Positions 32,031 through 43,773 of a stretch of DNA of 64,000 nucleotides are shown piece by piece (within the stretch, counting starts at the first letter, position 1; every line of letters begins with the position of its first letter). The notes under the pieces were generated by a model. That model saw nothing but the letters and a program-made list of their open reading frames with translations, made no database searches and was not told the DNA's origin. Origin of the DNA: Terriglobia bacterium. Lineage in GTDB: Bacteria; Acidobacteriota; Terriglobia; 2-12-FULL-54-10. The DNA lies in contig CBDCTS010000006.1 in the NCBI GenBank assembly GCA_965222345.1, positions 15,146 through 79,145 of the forward strand, in the 5' to 3' direction. Made by a program: the position numbers and the translations under genes.

Positions 32031-32354
32031 AACCAGAGTTCGCGTCATGGGCCGCCATCTGTGACGGGATGAAGTGGCCGCCAGCGGGTTCACGCCTCCT
32101 CACCAGCCGATTTGGCGCCTCATCTCGCCATTTCTCGTTGCTCCAGAAGAGAATCTTGAGCATGAAACGACACCGGGACGAGCACGATCTCGGCGAGCGC
32201 TGGTCGTGGACGCACGACGAGTTCGACTTGCTTCGAAACCGCACAGACAGCGGCCCAATAACGACTTAGAGACGCCTACGCGAGTTGCGGGCGCGCGATT
32301 CGAGGGCCTGAGAGGCGGCGGACGAGCACGAGCGCGCCAACGGAAGGCTGTACG

Positions 32355-32876
32355 GATTCCTTCCTTTTTCACTCCTGAAAGCGCCGCCCCGTAGAGGCGT
32401 GCCTGGTCGGTGTTGATGACGCGGGGCTGAGGATGCGACGGAACAGTCAGCGCCTTACGGAACAGGCGTTTGGCCGCCGCGGCATCGCGCAAGCCCGAGA
32501 GCACGAAGTCGATCGTGGCATCGGTGGAATCGATGGCTCGGTAGAGGTAGGCCCACCGGCCCTTGACACGAACGCAGGTCTCATCGACACGCCAGGACTT
32601 ATGGGTTGGCTTGAGATGACGGCGCAGCCGCTCCTCGAGTTCGGGACCGTAGCGCTGGACCCAGCGCCAGATCGTCGTGGGGTCCGCTTCCAGGCCGCGC
32701 TCGCTGAACAGTTCTTCGACATCGCGGAACGAGAGCAAGTACCGAAGGTACGAGCGCACGGCGTAAAGAATCAGCTCGGGCTCGGTTTGTCGTCACTTGA
32801 AGATCGCCGGTCGGATTGCCTTCTTCATGATCTCTTCAACCTACCAGCCGCCGCTGGCCAAAGTTGCAACACAACC
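32355..32876 (-). mobile_element. IS6-family remnant
   Basis: IR GGTTGTGTTGCAACTTTGG; TIWRWVQRY, WRVDET, YLYRAID; premature TGA at codon 12 and 3' truncation. Confidence 0.85.
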
Positions 32877-32890
32877 GAAATGCGACCCAA

Positions 32891-35422
32891 TTACAGAGGT
32901 TTTTTGTTCAGGCGAGCTTTATACATGGCTACGCCCAGCCTCCTTACATCATTTCCCGCCCCGATGGAAGTCGGAGAGACGGCGTCAGGTAAGTCCAATT
33001 CAATGGCGATACCCTCCGGGTCGACCAGTTCCTTCGGGATGGTTGCTTGGAACGTCTGCATCTTTCTCCGGGTGGCCGTCCATTCTCCAACCTTGTTTCC
33101 GTTGGCAAGTACATGGACGGTCTGTTTGCGCACCTTCTCCTCCCGGAGGTATGGAATAAACGTCGCTTCGAGCAAGAGATCGTTCCCCGTTTCCGGAGCT
33201 GGCAAATGGAGACTGGCTCGGCGCCCGGTTGTCCAGCACGCATTCCTCTGCTTGGTCCTGCTCCATCCCTTTCCCATGAAGGCATCGGCGTTACCATTGC
33301 TTCCGAACCGAATATCCGTCCCGAACCGGTAGACCGGCAACAGGTGCAAGCTGACGGAGATCATCAATATCGCCAATTTTCTCTTGTCGGCTCCTGTTCC
33401 TATCAATCTCGGCAAAGACGCATTGGGTAGATCGAATCGTATTTCCACCTCTGGAGAGTGGATCAGTCTGTTTGGCACAACGGTTCGGAATTGATGCGCC
33501 CTCCGTTCGCGGGCAGACCAGAGGTCGATCTCGGTGCCGTTGACAAGAACATAAATATTTTGTTCAGGGACCTGCGCCCCAATATAAGGAATGAGTTTGG
33601 CCTTCAAGGCAAGATCGGTTTCCGGTACGGTCACTGTCAACTTCAAGCTTGCACTTCCGCCGCTGTTCCACCAGCCTCTACTCATCGGCGCGCTCCAGCC
33701 AAATCCAACGTAATCGTCTGCATTACCCACCAGCCCGAAAATGATCTCGGTTCCGTATTCGTACAACGGGCGCCGTGTCTGAAAAGCAACAGGTTCGCTG
33801 GCTATGCATGACGTCGGGTCAAAAATGCTTCCTTTGATCAAATACTTGGTGAATTCCGGGTTTTCACCAATCGAAGTGTATGTAAAGTAAGGACGAGCGC
33901 GCACCTCACTCGACTTGATTTCAAAAATGGGTCGACCGGGAAACCTGCCCTCCGCACCGGCCTCTCTCATGATGGTCGTAGCAATATCCAGAACAGAGGT
34001 GTGAGCACTGGAAACCGTTAGAGGTCCGGAGCTTCCGGGAAGCTTTACGGTAAGCAGGGCAACCATCCTGGAAACGCAGGTATCGACCGTTTTGCCGTCA
34101 ACGAAAGGTGGTATCTGGCTGCCATGGTCCCCCTGCAGAACGATTAAAGACCTGTCATACAGGTTCAACTCTTTGAGTCGTTCCAACAGTTTCAGAAATA
34201 GTTTCAGGATTGCTCGTGCTTCATTTCGGTAATTCTCTCTGGTATTTGGAAGAACACGTCCCGCATAACTTCCGTCGGACCGGGTGACATAAGGGGGGTG
34301 GGGTGGCCATAAATGAAGGAAGTGATAGGCTGGCTGGGAATCGCCCACAAAAATATGCTGCAGGTAATCGCTAAAGAATGCCTTTTCCCGTAAGGAAGAG
34401 ACATGGCCAGATCCGGCCACGAACGGTGTAATGAACCAATTGTTGTCATTGTAAATTCGATGTCGAATCCAATGAGGAGATTGCCGGAACAGCGCCACGT
34501 CCATCAGGCGGGCGGCGTTGAGGTGAACCACATCCTCCGGAGAATCCTGGTAGACACGCTGGCGATCATAGTAGTTCGTGTACTTGCTTTCCGTCATGGA
34601 CTCATAAGGAACCAGGTTTACCTTGTACCCTTGATCGTACAGGCGGTTCTGAAAACCTGCCTGGATCGACTCCCGGTAGTATTTTCCGGGAAGTTGATTG
34701 CCATCGTAAGCCTGCCCGGAGAAGATCGCCGGAATCGAAAAAGAAGTGTATTGAGCTGCTCCTATGTTCTCTGCGAACAACACAAAACCCTGCAGGTCAT
34801 CTTCGAGTTGCTGCTCGACCACCAGTTCCTGGAAGATGTCGGTTTGAAAACTGTCCAAGACAATATGAACGATGTTCCTTGTAGAGGAATAGCTAAGCAA
34901 GCCGCTTGGAACATGGTGCTCGTAAGTGTAGCTCTTTGACCAGAGTCCTTCAGAGGCGACGCTTGGAGCCAACAGCAGAATCGATTGGAGGCCGATCAGT
35001 ACCCAACTGGTGCTCGAGGTGATTCTAATCAGGTAGCGTGAAAAGCTCAGACCGGCCGCCAGGACAAGGATCCATATCGTTGCATCCATCCAACCGCGCA
35101 GCCCAAACCGTGACCAATCGATTCCCCTGCCATCAAAAACTCCATAGGCTCCCACCAGAAAATTTCCTTGAATCCAGAGCAATATTCCAAGGCAAAAGAT
35201 TGCGCACGCAAGTGCCTTTACGGCTCGGCGCGGAACCATGTATCCAATCAGGATTAACGTAGCCGTGAGCAACAGACCGGACAGACCATATAGCGGGAGC
35301 AGGCTCGAATACCCTACTTCAAACTCGTCTAGATTCTCCCGGTATACGGAAAAAGTCCCGAACACAAATAGATTGACAGAAAGCAAAAGAGATGGAGGAA
35401 ACAAGTGTTTCAGCCTGTTCAT
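32891..35422 (-). CDS. Membrane-anchored sulfatase/LTA-synthase-like protein with two C-terminal repeat domains
   Basis: N-terminal TMs, HIVLDS, YTSFSIPAIFSG, PPHPPY, GDHG. Confidence 0.75.
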   Translation of the reverse strand: MNRLKHLFPPSLLLSVNLFVFGTFSVYRENLDEFEVGYSSLLPLYGLSGLLLTATLILIGYMVPRRAVKALACAIFCLGILLWIQGNFLVGAYGVFDGRGIDWSRFGLRGWMDATIWILVLAAGLSFSRYLIRITSSTSWVLIGLQSILLLAPSVASEGLWSKSYTYEHHVPSGLLSYSSTRNIVHIVLDSFQTDIFQELVVEQQLEDDLQGFVLFAENIGAAQYTSFSIPAIFSGQAYDGNQLPGKYYRESIQAGFQNRLYDQGYKVNLVPYESMTESKYTNYYDRQRVYQDSPEDVVHLNAARLMDVALFRQSPHWIRHRIYNDNNWFITPFVAGSGHVSSLREKAFFSDYLQHIFVGDSQPAYHFLHLWPPHPPYVTRSDGSYAGRVLPNTRENYRNEARAILKLFLKLLERLKELNLYDRSLIVLQGDHGSQIPPFVDGKTVDTCVSRMVALLTVKLPGSSGPLTVSSAHTSVLDIATTIMREAGAEGRFPGRPIFEIKSSEVRARPYFTYTSIGENPEFTKYLIKGSIFDPTSCIASEPVAFQTRRPLYEYGTEIIFGLVGNADDYVGFGWSAPMSRGWWNSGGSASLKLTVTVPETDLALKAKLIPYIGAQVPEQNIYVLVNGTEIDLWSARERRAHQFRTVVPNRLIHSPEVEIRFDLPNASLPRLIGTGADKRKLAILMISVSLHLLPVYRFGTDIRFGSNGNADAFMGKGWSRTKQRNACWTTGRRASLHLPAPETGNDLLLEATFIPYLREEKVRKQTVHVLANGNKVGEWTATRRKMQTFQATIPKELVDPEGIAIELDLPDAVSPTSIGAGNDVRRLGVAMYKARLNKKPL

Positions 35423-35703
35423 TAGTCGCAGTTCGTTCCTGGGTCAGTGGATAGTCGGAGCATCGACTCAATGGTTGACGAATTTTCAGTCAGAGTCAAT
35501 CGCATGAGCGAGGTGCGATATCGCCAGTGTCTAGGTTGAGGCCTCGACGTGTTGCCCCTTCGAGCCCCAGGCCGCTGAAGCCGGAATTGTCCGATTTGGA
35601 CATCCGGCTCACATAGGATACAAGACCTGCTCCCCGGAAGGGAAAAAATTTTGCCTGACGGCAGTCGCGGGGGGGGAGTCTGGATCCTGTGGGAGAATGA
35701 GCG

Positions 35704-36230
35704 ATGCAGCGTCAACGCGGCGGCTTGATTCCCATCGGTGATGCCCTCTCCGGCATGGGCGGACCGATGAAGTCGATCCGCGAAGCCTCGCCCCAGGCGT
35801 TGCACCACTTCACCCGCTTCGATCAGGTGAACCAGCTTGTCAGCGCCAGCGAAGCGGACCCCGACCGGGGCTTTGGCGCGAACGATGGCGCTGTGCTCGT
35901 TGTCCCGGAGCAACCCCGGCAACCGGAAAGAGTACAAGCGCGTCAACGGACCTTTCACCCTCTACATGGTCGCCGGTGGCGGCAACAAGCTGCCCTACGG
36001 CAACCTGCCGCGCCTGTTGCTGGCCTGGGTCTCGACCGAAGCGGTGCGGACCCAAAGCCGCGAGCTGATTCTAGGGAAGTCGCTTTCCGAGTTCATGCGG
36101 ACCCTCGGCATATACAACAGCGGCGGCAACCCCCAAATCCGCCTTCGTAATCAGATGCGGCGGCTCTTTCATTGCACGGTCTCGCTGATCTACGAGGACG
36201 AGCGCGGCGCGGCCAGCGCTCCGTTCCGGC
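35704..36230 (+). pseudogene. repA: Frameshifted, truncated repA
   Basis: HHFTRFDQVNQLV and LPYGNLPRLLLAWV lie in different frames. Confidence 0.85.
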
Positions 36231-36249
36231 TCACCTGGCGGCAGATCTA

Positions 36250-36879
36250 CCGCCAGTAGTCTTGTCCACGGCCCGCCTCGACCAGGATTTGGCGGATGTC
36301 GTGGCAGAAGTCTCCCTTGACTTCTAGCACCAGCGCCGCCGCCCGTAGCTGCGAGGGACTGAAAATCTCCCGCGCCTCGACCGGGTGATGGACCTCCCCG
36401 ATGACGATGGCCGGGGCCTTTTGTTGGGGATCAAGCGGCCACGGCGGGAGCTTGGCGAAGGGTGCGAAGTCGCGCCGCCGCCCCTCCAACCAGACCTTCC
36501 AAACGGTGACGGCAATAAGCCCGGACAGCATAACGGCAACGAAGGGCGAAACGTAGTACCACAGCAGCAGCCAATCGAAGAAATTGGGGGTGTGGTAGTT
36601 CACCAAAGCAAGCAAGGGGTTTTCATCAAGCGACGGGAAGGGACGCCGTACAAAGCTCCACACGGCATACCACAGACCGGCGAAAAAAAAGAGCACCAGA
36701 GCCGGAAGCGCTACAATGAATTGCCCGGCGCGAAACACGGCCCAGCCCAAGAGCACGAAACCTTGAACTACCAGCCAGCCCGCGACGGCGAAAACCCGGA
36801 TCGGGTTTTTCCAGTTCATGGGGCCAGCGGGCCGGTGCCAAAGCTCTGTCAAATAAGGGCCGACCTCGCGCCATTTCAT
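36250..36879 (-). pseudogene. VirD4-like coupling protein 5' fragment with an internal deletion
   Basis: Paralogue of 46301-48961 lacking the Walker A segment. Confidence 0.85.
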
Positions 36880-37240
36880 AGGTCCGTCTCCGGGGCTTTC
36901 AGCGCCGCTCCTGGGGGGCCGTTCCGAGCCTTCCCGCAGGGATAAATGAGGACGAGAGCGACCCCATGGGCCCGGATAGAAGCGTGTCCCACAGCGCGTC
37001 TATTCAAGGTCACATGCCCCCCCGCTTTGGGGGGGGGGTCGCTCTCGTCCCCGCCTTTCTCCCGCGTCCGAAGCGTGGGGGCCGATTCACAGCGGATAAC
37101 CACAGCGGAATAAGGCACATAGGGGAAAGCGGCTGCGCCATATCTTGAGCCGAAATTTTGTCCCACCCCCCCCTCTAACCCTGGGGCAAAAACCATGCGG
37201 TCTTTTGGGACAACAAAATTCGCCGATTTTCCCTCTCTCT
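36880..37240 (-). repeat. Conserved ~360-bp intergenic element, copy A
   Basis: Homologous to 48962-49320 and 51172-51531. Confidence 0.85.
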
Positions 37241-38125
37241 CAGCCGATCTCATCCGGGTCCGCAAACCGCACGGCCCGCCATGTCGAATAGTCGTCAATC
37301 GAGACTCCTTCCGTGACCTTGACTTCGGGGCGACGTTGGAGTTCCACAGACCGTCTCCCGGCTTCCGCGAATCCTCCGTACCGGGCTAGAAATTCCTCGT
37401 CCTCCCCGCGCATCGCCTCGTGAATCGCCTTGATCTCCTGCTTCGCCGTCAGCCCTTCAGCGGGTGTCCCTGGGTCCGCCGCCGCCCATGCTTCAAGCAC
37501 TCGCGCCGTCCGATCCACGGTGGCATTTTCAACCCCAATACCGATCACCCGAACCTGCCGCCCCTTCTTGCGGAGCGCATCCCAAAGCGGCCCATGCGCG
37601 GCTCCCCACGAGTGGAGTTCGGTATCCGTCTGGTGGCCCGGATTGACGTAGGCAAAGGTGACGATTTCAGGGTCCACGGCAAGGGGTAGTTTGAGCGCAA
37701 AGTAGCGCTTCTGGTTGCCAGCCACACCGTAGTAAATCCGGCGCGGAATCAAGCGGCGCGGCAAGCCGAGCTTTTCAAAAAACTCGCCCTTCTCCGGCTC
37801 GGCGGGGAGCCAGTTCATACCCGGATGTTCCAGCACAAAATCCAGCGACAAAAGCCGCCGCATGACAACCGGCTTGCTGACTTTGCGCCGGTGGCGGATG
37901 TTCTTGACTGCCAGCGCCCGGTAGATCGCGTTGCTCGATATCCGGCATGTCATTCCTCCCCCATTGACTCGCGGCCACTCACTCTCGACCGCCGCTCGGC
38001 GCTCAACCAAGAGCTTGACGAACCGATAGGCGTGTTTCCGATAAGTGTTGAAGTAATGACAGAATTGCGCCCGCGTGAAGACGCCGCTGTGAAGGCACAC
38101 CAGCGCGATCCATTCCGCGTTCTGG
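37240..38125 (-). CDS. Hypothetical protein, possibly wHTH, 5'-truncated; lies upstream of the element and virD4
   Basis: 286-aa ORF; homologous C-termini at 49320-49648 and 51115-51173 (DDYSTW.A.RF). Confidence 0.6.
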
Positions 38126-38329
38126 CCGGTCCGCCGAGCAACTGCTCGGGGTCATCACCTGCCGGCGCGCGGACGGGCGCGAGATCGTGCTCGACCGGCT
38201 GCCGCTGGCGCGGGCGCTGGACCGCGCCGAGACGGTGCGGGCCGAGGAGGTCGTACTCTCGGTCCCGGACGGGCGCAGCGTCACGACGCTCATCAACGCC
38301 ACCCCGTTCCGCGACCCGGACGACGCGCT

Positions 38330-38816
38330 CTTTGGGTTGGGTTTTGTTGTCGTTGCGTTCCCCCGTTCTGCCGCGGTTTGCCGTAAGTCTTGTGTTTCCA
38401 GTTCTTTACCTATAAGGAAGGTTTTGGTTTTGTCTTTTGCGGGGGGCGTCAGCCCCCCGCTTTGGGTGGTTTATCGTTTGTTTTCAGCGAGTTATCCACA
38501 GACTCGTCGCTTCTACTACTTGTTCTTTACTACTTGTATGGGTAGGCGTTTTGACCGTGGAAAACTGTTTCAAATCACACAAGGCCGTGGAAATAAGCGA
38601 TTTAAGGTCTTGTGGCCCTTGTGTGGCTCACGGTATAGGGGAGATCCAATCCGGCGCGCAAAGGGTGCTGACGGGCCGCTGAGAGGTCGGGTTTGGTTGG
38701 CTACGTTGTTTTTCGACAGGTGTGATGGCATTACTATCGGAAGAGTTATAGGAGATGTAACTATAGGCTTGCGTACCAAAGTGCCCGTGGAAAGCGTACC
38801 AAAGTGCCCGTGGAAA
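38330..38816. other. Putative oriV of the parA-partner-repA replicon
   Basis: TTATCCACA near 38492; TACTACTTG repeats; tandem 23-mers GCGTACCAAAGTGCCCGTGGAAA at 38771 and 38794. Confidence 0.7.
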
Positions 38817-38889
38817 ACTTCACCTGCCCACAAGCAGGCCAATCGTTCTAAGATCATCTGCAAGAAGAGTTTTGCGCAGCTTTCAGGGC

Positions 38890-39852
38890 CTATGCGCACA
38901 GCTCCTTGCGCGAGATCGGTGGGGGCGACTGCCTCAGGTGCAGCCCCTTGGAATTGGGGCGGAGCTGAGCCTGCGGATATTGCGTGAGAACATCTCTGAG
39001 GGTATTCAGAAAGACTTGCCGGAACTTACGGATCGAACGGTAGTTGGTGCCGAACTGCCCCTGTAGCGAAACCCATGGGACAAAGGCCTCGGTTTGGGGG
39101 TGGATGCGGCACAGACGCTGCGACAGCCACGCGTAGATGTCGAGCCCCATAGCACTGTGCGAAAGCGCAGCAACGGCGCGTGGATCAAGCGGTACGGCAT
39201 GGTTGACGAGGCTCTGGTAGTAGTCGAGTGAAAGCGTCACCGTAGAGGGCCAGAGAATGCGCTGATTGGAGGCCTTGGGAAACCACAGGTCAAATTCGGA
39301 GATGACGGCCGCCCTACCCTGCTTTTGAACTCTCCCTCCTGCGGCAAAGCGCATTTCGGCGGCGGCCAGAGCGGAAACCTGCTCTTTCATCGCGCGGATT
39401 TCGCGGCCGTTGAGCTCGCGGCTCTCACCGCGCCTGGGCGAGAGAACCTGACTGAAATAGGCCGACATGCTGTCGCCGACATCGATGACATTGGACTGGG
39501 TGACGATCGCTGCCGTATTCAGGTGAATGAGCACAAGCCGAGCTTTTGGGCCGAAGGGTAGGGGCAACTCGACCCAGGCGTCCTCACGTTCGCTGTAAGC
39601 GGTCCCGGCTTCCACGCGGAGCATGGTGTACCCGTTGCGGCGCTCAAGAACGCGCTCGGCCGTGCGGCGGTACGGCAATGAGGTTTGACAAAGAACCGTG
39701 TGCTGATAAGTGGGTAGGCCTTCTTCGCCCATCCCGATCTCGGCGGCGGCCTCGATCAAACGCCACTGGGTTTTCGTGGGCGGCTTGAACCTGAGGTCAG
39801 CTTTCATAAGATCGCCGATCGGCGTCAGGCCGCCTGTGTGTTCCTTTTTCAT
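38890..39852 (-). CDS. repA: Plasmid RepA (RepA_C-like), intact
   Basis: CQTSLPYR, LPFGPKARLVL, HAVPLD, GLDIYAWL. Confidence 0.85.
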   Translation of the reverse strand: MKKEHTGGLTPIGDLMKADLRFKPPTKTQWRLIEAAAEIGMGEEGLPTYQHTVLCQTSLPYRRTAERVLERRNGYTMLRVEAGTAYSEREDAWVELPLPFGPKARLVLIHLNTAAIVTQSNVIDVGDSMSAYFSQVLSPRRGESRELNGREIRAMKEQVSALAAAEMRFAAGGRVQKQGRAAVISEFDLWFPKASNQRILWPSTVTLSLDYYQSLVNHAVPLDPRAVAALSHSAMGLDIYAWLSQRLCRIHPQTEAFVPWVSLQGQFGTNYRSIRKFRQVFLNTLRDVLTQYPQAQLRPNSKGLHLRQSPPPISRKELCA

Positions 39853-39886
39853 GATCCAACTACAATGATTTGTACGGTTAATACGA

Positions 39887-40258
39887 TTATGACGAACCCC
39901 TGCTCCGCCCCGGTTTGAGCTTTTCGACGGCTTTTGCCGTCTTGATCAACTGGGCAGGCCTCATCTGTGCAAGAGTCTTAAGCCCGGCGCGCACAAGCTC
40001 GCTCTTAGAGACGTTATGGCCGTTCTTCAGTAGTGCGGCCTGCAGCTCGGACAGCAAGGCGTAGTCAAACTCAGGAAAAGAGAAGGTGTCCCGGATGACC
40101 GGGATCTTTTTCGGAGGCTTAGGCTTGGCGTGGCGGGCCGAGCCGGGGCCGCCACGCGCTCCTAGGACGCTGTCCGCTCGTTCGAAGCGCTTGTCTACAG
40201 CGGCGCTCTCATCTTGTAGCGACTTGGCGAGCGCGCCGCTCAGCGGGTCTTTGTTCAT
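39887..40258 (-). CDS. Small partition partner (RHH-like)
   Basis: RDTFSFP...[11 protein letters not shown]; lies between parA and repA. Confidence 0.65.
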   Translation of the reverse strand: MNKDPLSGALAKSLQDESAAVDKRFERADSVLGARGGPGSARHAKPKPPKKIPVIRDTFSFPEFDYALLSELQAALLKNGHNVSKSELVRAGLKTLAQMRPAQLIKTAKAVEKLKPGRSRGSS

Positions 40259-40928
40259 TTGCGAATTCTCCTTGGATGACTGATAAAACCTCGTCCGTGA
40301 GCGCCTCAACTTCGCTAATAGCGGCTGCGGCACCAGCTCCCAGATGGTGGACAGTCTGACCGTAGGCCGCTGCATGGCGGTAAGCCTCGCGATCACCAAT
40401 CTGCGTGCGGCAGAGCGAGATGCGGTATTTCGGCAAAATCTCAAGCGTCTTGGCGACCAGCCGTGTATTGGGCTTACGCTGATTGATGAGAAGGCGGGCC
40501 TGCAGATGCTCGTTTATGACCTCGGCCGCTTCGATCACTGTGCGGATAGCAACGCCGGCCCAAAGATCGGGCGGCGATGGGATCACCGGTACAAGCCCGA
40601 GATCAGCAATCAGCAGTGCGCTTAGGGATACGGGCGAGAAGGCCGAGGGTGGACAGTCAACGACGATGAAGTCGTAATCGCCAACGAACTTCTTTACCTC
40701 GCGGTGTAGCTTAGCGTCGGCATTGGCCAGACCGGCGATGCTGGCAGGGAAGGGAGCTTCATCGGCCGCTGAAGCCGCCCAACGTGTGGCGGTGCCTTGT
40801 GGATCCGCATCAACAACCAAAACCTTGGAGCCACGCCTAGCCAGCGTTCCAGCAAGGTTCATGACCGTTGTAGTCTTACCGGGGCCGCCTTTCTGGTTGA
40901 CGACAGCGATGATCTTAGCTTGGCTCAT
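40209..40928 (-). CDS. parA: ParA (type Ib) ATPase
   Basis: [22 protein letters not shown]. Confidence 0.9.
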   Translation of the reverse strand: MSQAKIIAVVNQKGGPGKTTTVMNLAGTLARRGSKVLVVDADPQGTATRWAASAADEAPFPASIAGLANADAKLHREVKKFVGDYDFIVVDCPPSAFSPVSLSALLIADLGLVPVIPSPPDLWAGVAIRTVIEAAEVINEHLQARLLINQRKPNTRLVAKTLEILPKYRISLCRTQIGDREAYRHAAAYGQTVHHLGAGAAAAISEVEALTDEVLSVIQGEFANEQRPAERRARQVATR

Positions 40929-41123
40929 ATAGTATCAACGATTGGTATGAATTGTATCGTATGCAGGGTTGGTACGGTATGCCTAAAAAAAGAATACCTG
41001 AGTCGGACTGCTAAAACAATAGGGCAGGGAAATGTTTTCCTCAGTAGTCCCGCCGGCTGCAGGTCACGAGCGCCGTGGTCCGATTCCTCCTCCGCCTGAG
41101 CCTGGAGAAGACCGCTATCTGGT

Positions 41124-41340
41124 CTACGCCACAAACTGAAGCTTCACCCCGCAGGCAGCGGCGATCTTGGTAACCGTGCCGAGCCGAGGATCTCTGCTTC
41201 CCGACAAGCCGCGAGAGAGGCCCACACGGTCGACGGCGGCTCGCCGTGCGATTTCAGATACGCCGCCCTGTGCCGCCACCACGTTACGAAAAGCTTTCAT
41301 CAACAATCGAGGGTCGCCGTCGAACTCCTCTGTTGCGTTT
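41124..41340 (-). pseudogene. Addiction-module antidote (HTH) fragment
   Basis: AQGGVSEIARRAAV.R..L...LSG..DPRLGTV.KI. Confidence 0.6.
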
Positions 41341-41342
41341 GA

Positions 41343-41800
41343 TCAAGGAAAGTGCACCCGAAGTGGATCCCGCTTCGCCTTCATGCGCGCGGCGGGGATG
41401 GTCCAGACGCCCGCGTCCAGATCCATTTCGTCCCACGTCGCCAGGCGCACTTCGCCGGATCGCGCCGCCGTCAGCACCAGGAACTCGAACGCCCGCTTGG
41501 TGGTGACCGCGGCCTGGGAGGCTCGCACCGTCGCGAGGGCGTCCGCCACCGCGCCGTGGGGTAGCGCCCGCATGTGCTGGACGACGGCCTGCTGCCGTCC
41601 GAGGGCCTGCCCGAGGGCGTCGCCCGCCGGGTTGTCCGGCCGGTAGCCCATCGCGACCGCCCACTTCATCACGGCACCGATCCGCTGCCGCACCCGCCGT
41701 GCGGTCTCGGGCTTGTCGTGCCAGATCGGGGTGAGGATTGCCAAGACCTCGGCCGTCGTCACCTCGGACACGGGCAGCACCACGGCGGCGGCCTCCTCGA
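41343..41800 (-). pseudogene. P4-like tyrosine integrase fragment
   Basis: KPETARRVRQRI, LTAARSGEVR, WTIPAARMK. Confidence 0.8.
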
Positions 41801-41829
41801 CCGTGGGCGATCACGGTCTGATGTAGGTA

Positions 41830-42206
41830 GCGGTCCTCGGCGGAAGCCTCAGATTCGCGTTCTCGCCGCGCGCCCTCTTCGGGTCCGAGAGAGCGGCTGG
41901 GGTACTGAACTGTTTGGTGACTACGATCCGGAAAAGGTTTTGGTCCGCATCTGGATGCGCACGGCTGTACGAAAGAAGGTCACTTGCTTTGGAACCTTCC
42001 TAAGCACCCTGTGCCATGAATTCTGTCATCACCTGGACTACGGGCGGTTCGGTTTCCAGGACTCGCCTCACACCAGAGGGTTCTATGAGCGCGCTGCTGA
42101 CCTCTACCATCATGCGCGCGGCACGCCACGGAAGCCGCTCTTTTGGGTGCCGCTGCCGGGTGACCGCTGGCGCATCGACTGGCCGCAGACAAAACGCCGT
42201 GGATGA
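41830..42206 (+). pseudogene. Zincin (HExxH) protein, probably 5'-truncated
   Basis: TLCHEFCHHLD...HTRGFY. Confidence 0.5.
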
Positions 42207-42210
42207 GTCG

Positions 42211-42732
42211 CTACCTTTCGGAGTTGGGCGGGTGGTTTTTCTCTACGGTTCGGCGGAAGGCCGGCCAGTCGTTGGCCATCGCCTGCGAGAGTTCAAGCAG
42301 CTTGGCAGCCAGGTCCTTGGCGCCGCTAAATGTAATCCGCAGTTCCCCGGGCCGCAACGCAATGCCGGCGGAAAGATCCTCGAGGAGGCGCTCACGTACA
42401 TCCACCGCAGCCGGAATGCGCACATGTTGCGCTGCCAGCTGTCGACGCGCGAGGTCGAGGGCCTCCACCATGCGGGCGCGGCGGTTCCCTTCCCACTGGA
42501 AAACCCCGGCGGCGGCCGTCCGCTCCAGGCGCGCGATGAGAGCCTCCCGCGACACCGCCGCGGCGTTACCGACCCGCAGTCCCTCGAGGCCCGCCATGAT
42601 CTGTCGTGCGCGGCGCTGGCGCACACGGAAGAGTTTTTCTACCGCCGCGCGGTCGAGGTGAGTGGATGTCATGGAACGCAGGTCTGAGAGGATTTCGTCA
42701 AGTTGATGAAACCAGGCGGGTTGGGCGGGCAT
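42211..42732 (-). CDS. Hypothetical HTH-like protein divergent from the integrase
   Basis: 173-aa ORF; LDRAAVEKLFRVRQRRARQIM. Confidence 0.55.
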   Translation of the reverse strand: MPAQPAWFHQLDEILSDLRSMTSTHLDRAAVEKLFRVRQRRARQIMAGLEGLRVGNAAAVSREALIARLERTAAAGVFQWEGNRRARMVEALDLARRQLAAQHVRIPAAVDVRERLLEDLSAGIALRPGELRITFSGAKDLAAKLLELSQAMANDWPAFRRTVEKNHPPNSER

Positions 42733-42861
42733 GGGGGGGAGCTCCTGCTCTACTATACGTTAGGGAGCGATCCGGCATTATGGCCTGCCGGGGAGCGGTT
42801 TTAGCGGGAGTTAATCACGCATGATAAAGGATATTATCATTCATATATTGAGCAGGTCCTC

Positions 42862-43633
42862 ATGCCCGACTACCCGACACTGATTCCCAAGACCACAACC
42901 CCAACACCGGAAACTCTCCCGGGCGGCGGTATCCAGCTCCCCGCCCTCTTCTCTCCCGACTCGGCCACCGCCCAGCGCGTCCTCGAGTTCTTCACCGCCA
43001 ACATCAGGAACCCTCACACCCGCAAGGCCTACGCCACCGCCGTCCGCGGCTTCGCCGCTTGGACGGACACCGTCGGCATCGCCCATCTCCGCTACGTCAA
43101 GCCACTCCATGTCGCCGCCTATATCGAGCAGTTGCAGAGCCGATACCTTCGCACGCGTGGGCGCGGTGCTCAAGATGCGCCTCGAGGACGTATTCACGCA
43201 AGGCCGCCACACCTGGGTGCGGCTCCACGAGAAAGGCGGCAAGCATCACCAGATGCCCTGTCACCACAAACTCGAGTCCTACCTGCAGCAGTACATCGAT
43301 ACTCTCGATGTAACAGCGCTCGAGGACGGCTCGACGCTCGACCCCAAGGCCTGGACCTTCCCTACGGCCGCAGGACGCTCCGGCCGTCTCAGCAACCGCC
43401 CGATGGGCCAGGCCGACGTGTACCGCATGATCCGCCGCCGCGCCCTCGACGCGGGCATCGAGACGAAAATAGGCTGCCACCGCGCCACCGGCATCACGGA
43501 GTATTTGCGGAACGGGGGCAAACTCGAAGTGGCGCAGCAGATGGCCAACCACGAATCCGCCCGCACCACCGGGCTCTACGACAGACGCAACGACCAGGTC
43601 TCGCTCGACGAGGTCGAGAGGATTCTGATTTAA
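42862..43633 (+). pseudogene. XerC/D-like tyrosine recombinase with an internal deletion
   Basis: IRNPHTRKAY; frame change near 43140; LHEKGGK, CH-RATGIT, HESARTTGLY. Confidence 0.8.
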
Positions 43634-43773
43634 AGAGCAACCACTGGTGGCGCTAGGCTGGAACTGACAACGCGAACTCTTGCAGGTGTTCACGCGTTCT
43701 TGACTGCACACATGCACTCATCTACACTTGAAGGAATGCACGAGTGCACACATGCACACCAAGAGGCGGTTTC

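Noticed and set aside
38125-38330. PAS-sensor-like segment as a functional gene
   Set aside because: Short fragment with no start, fused to origin DNA
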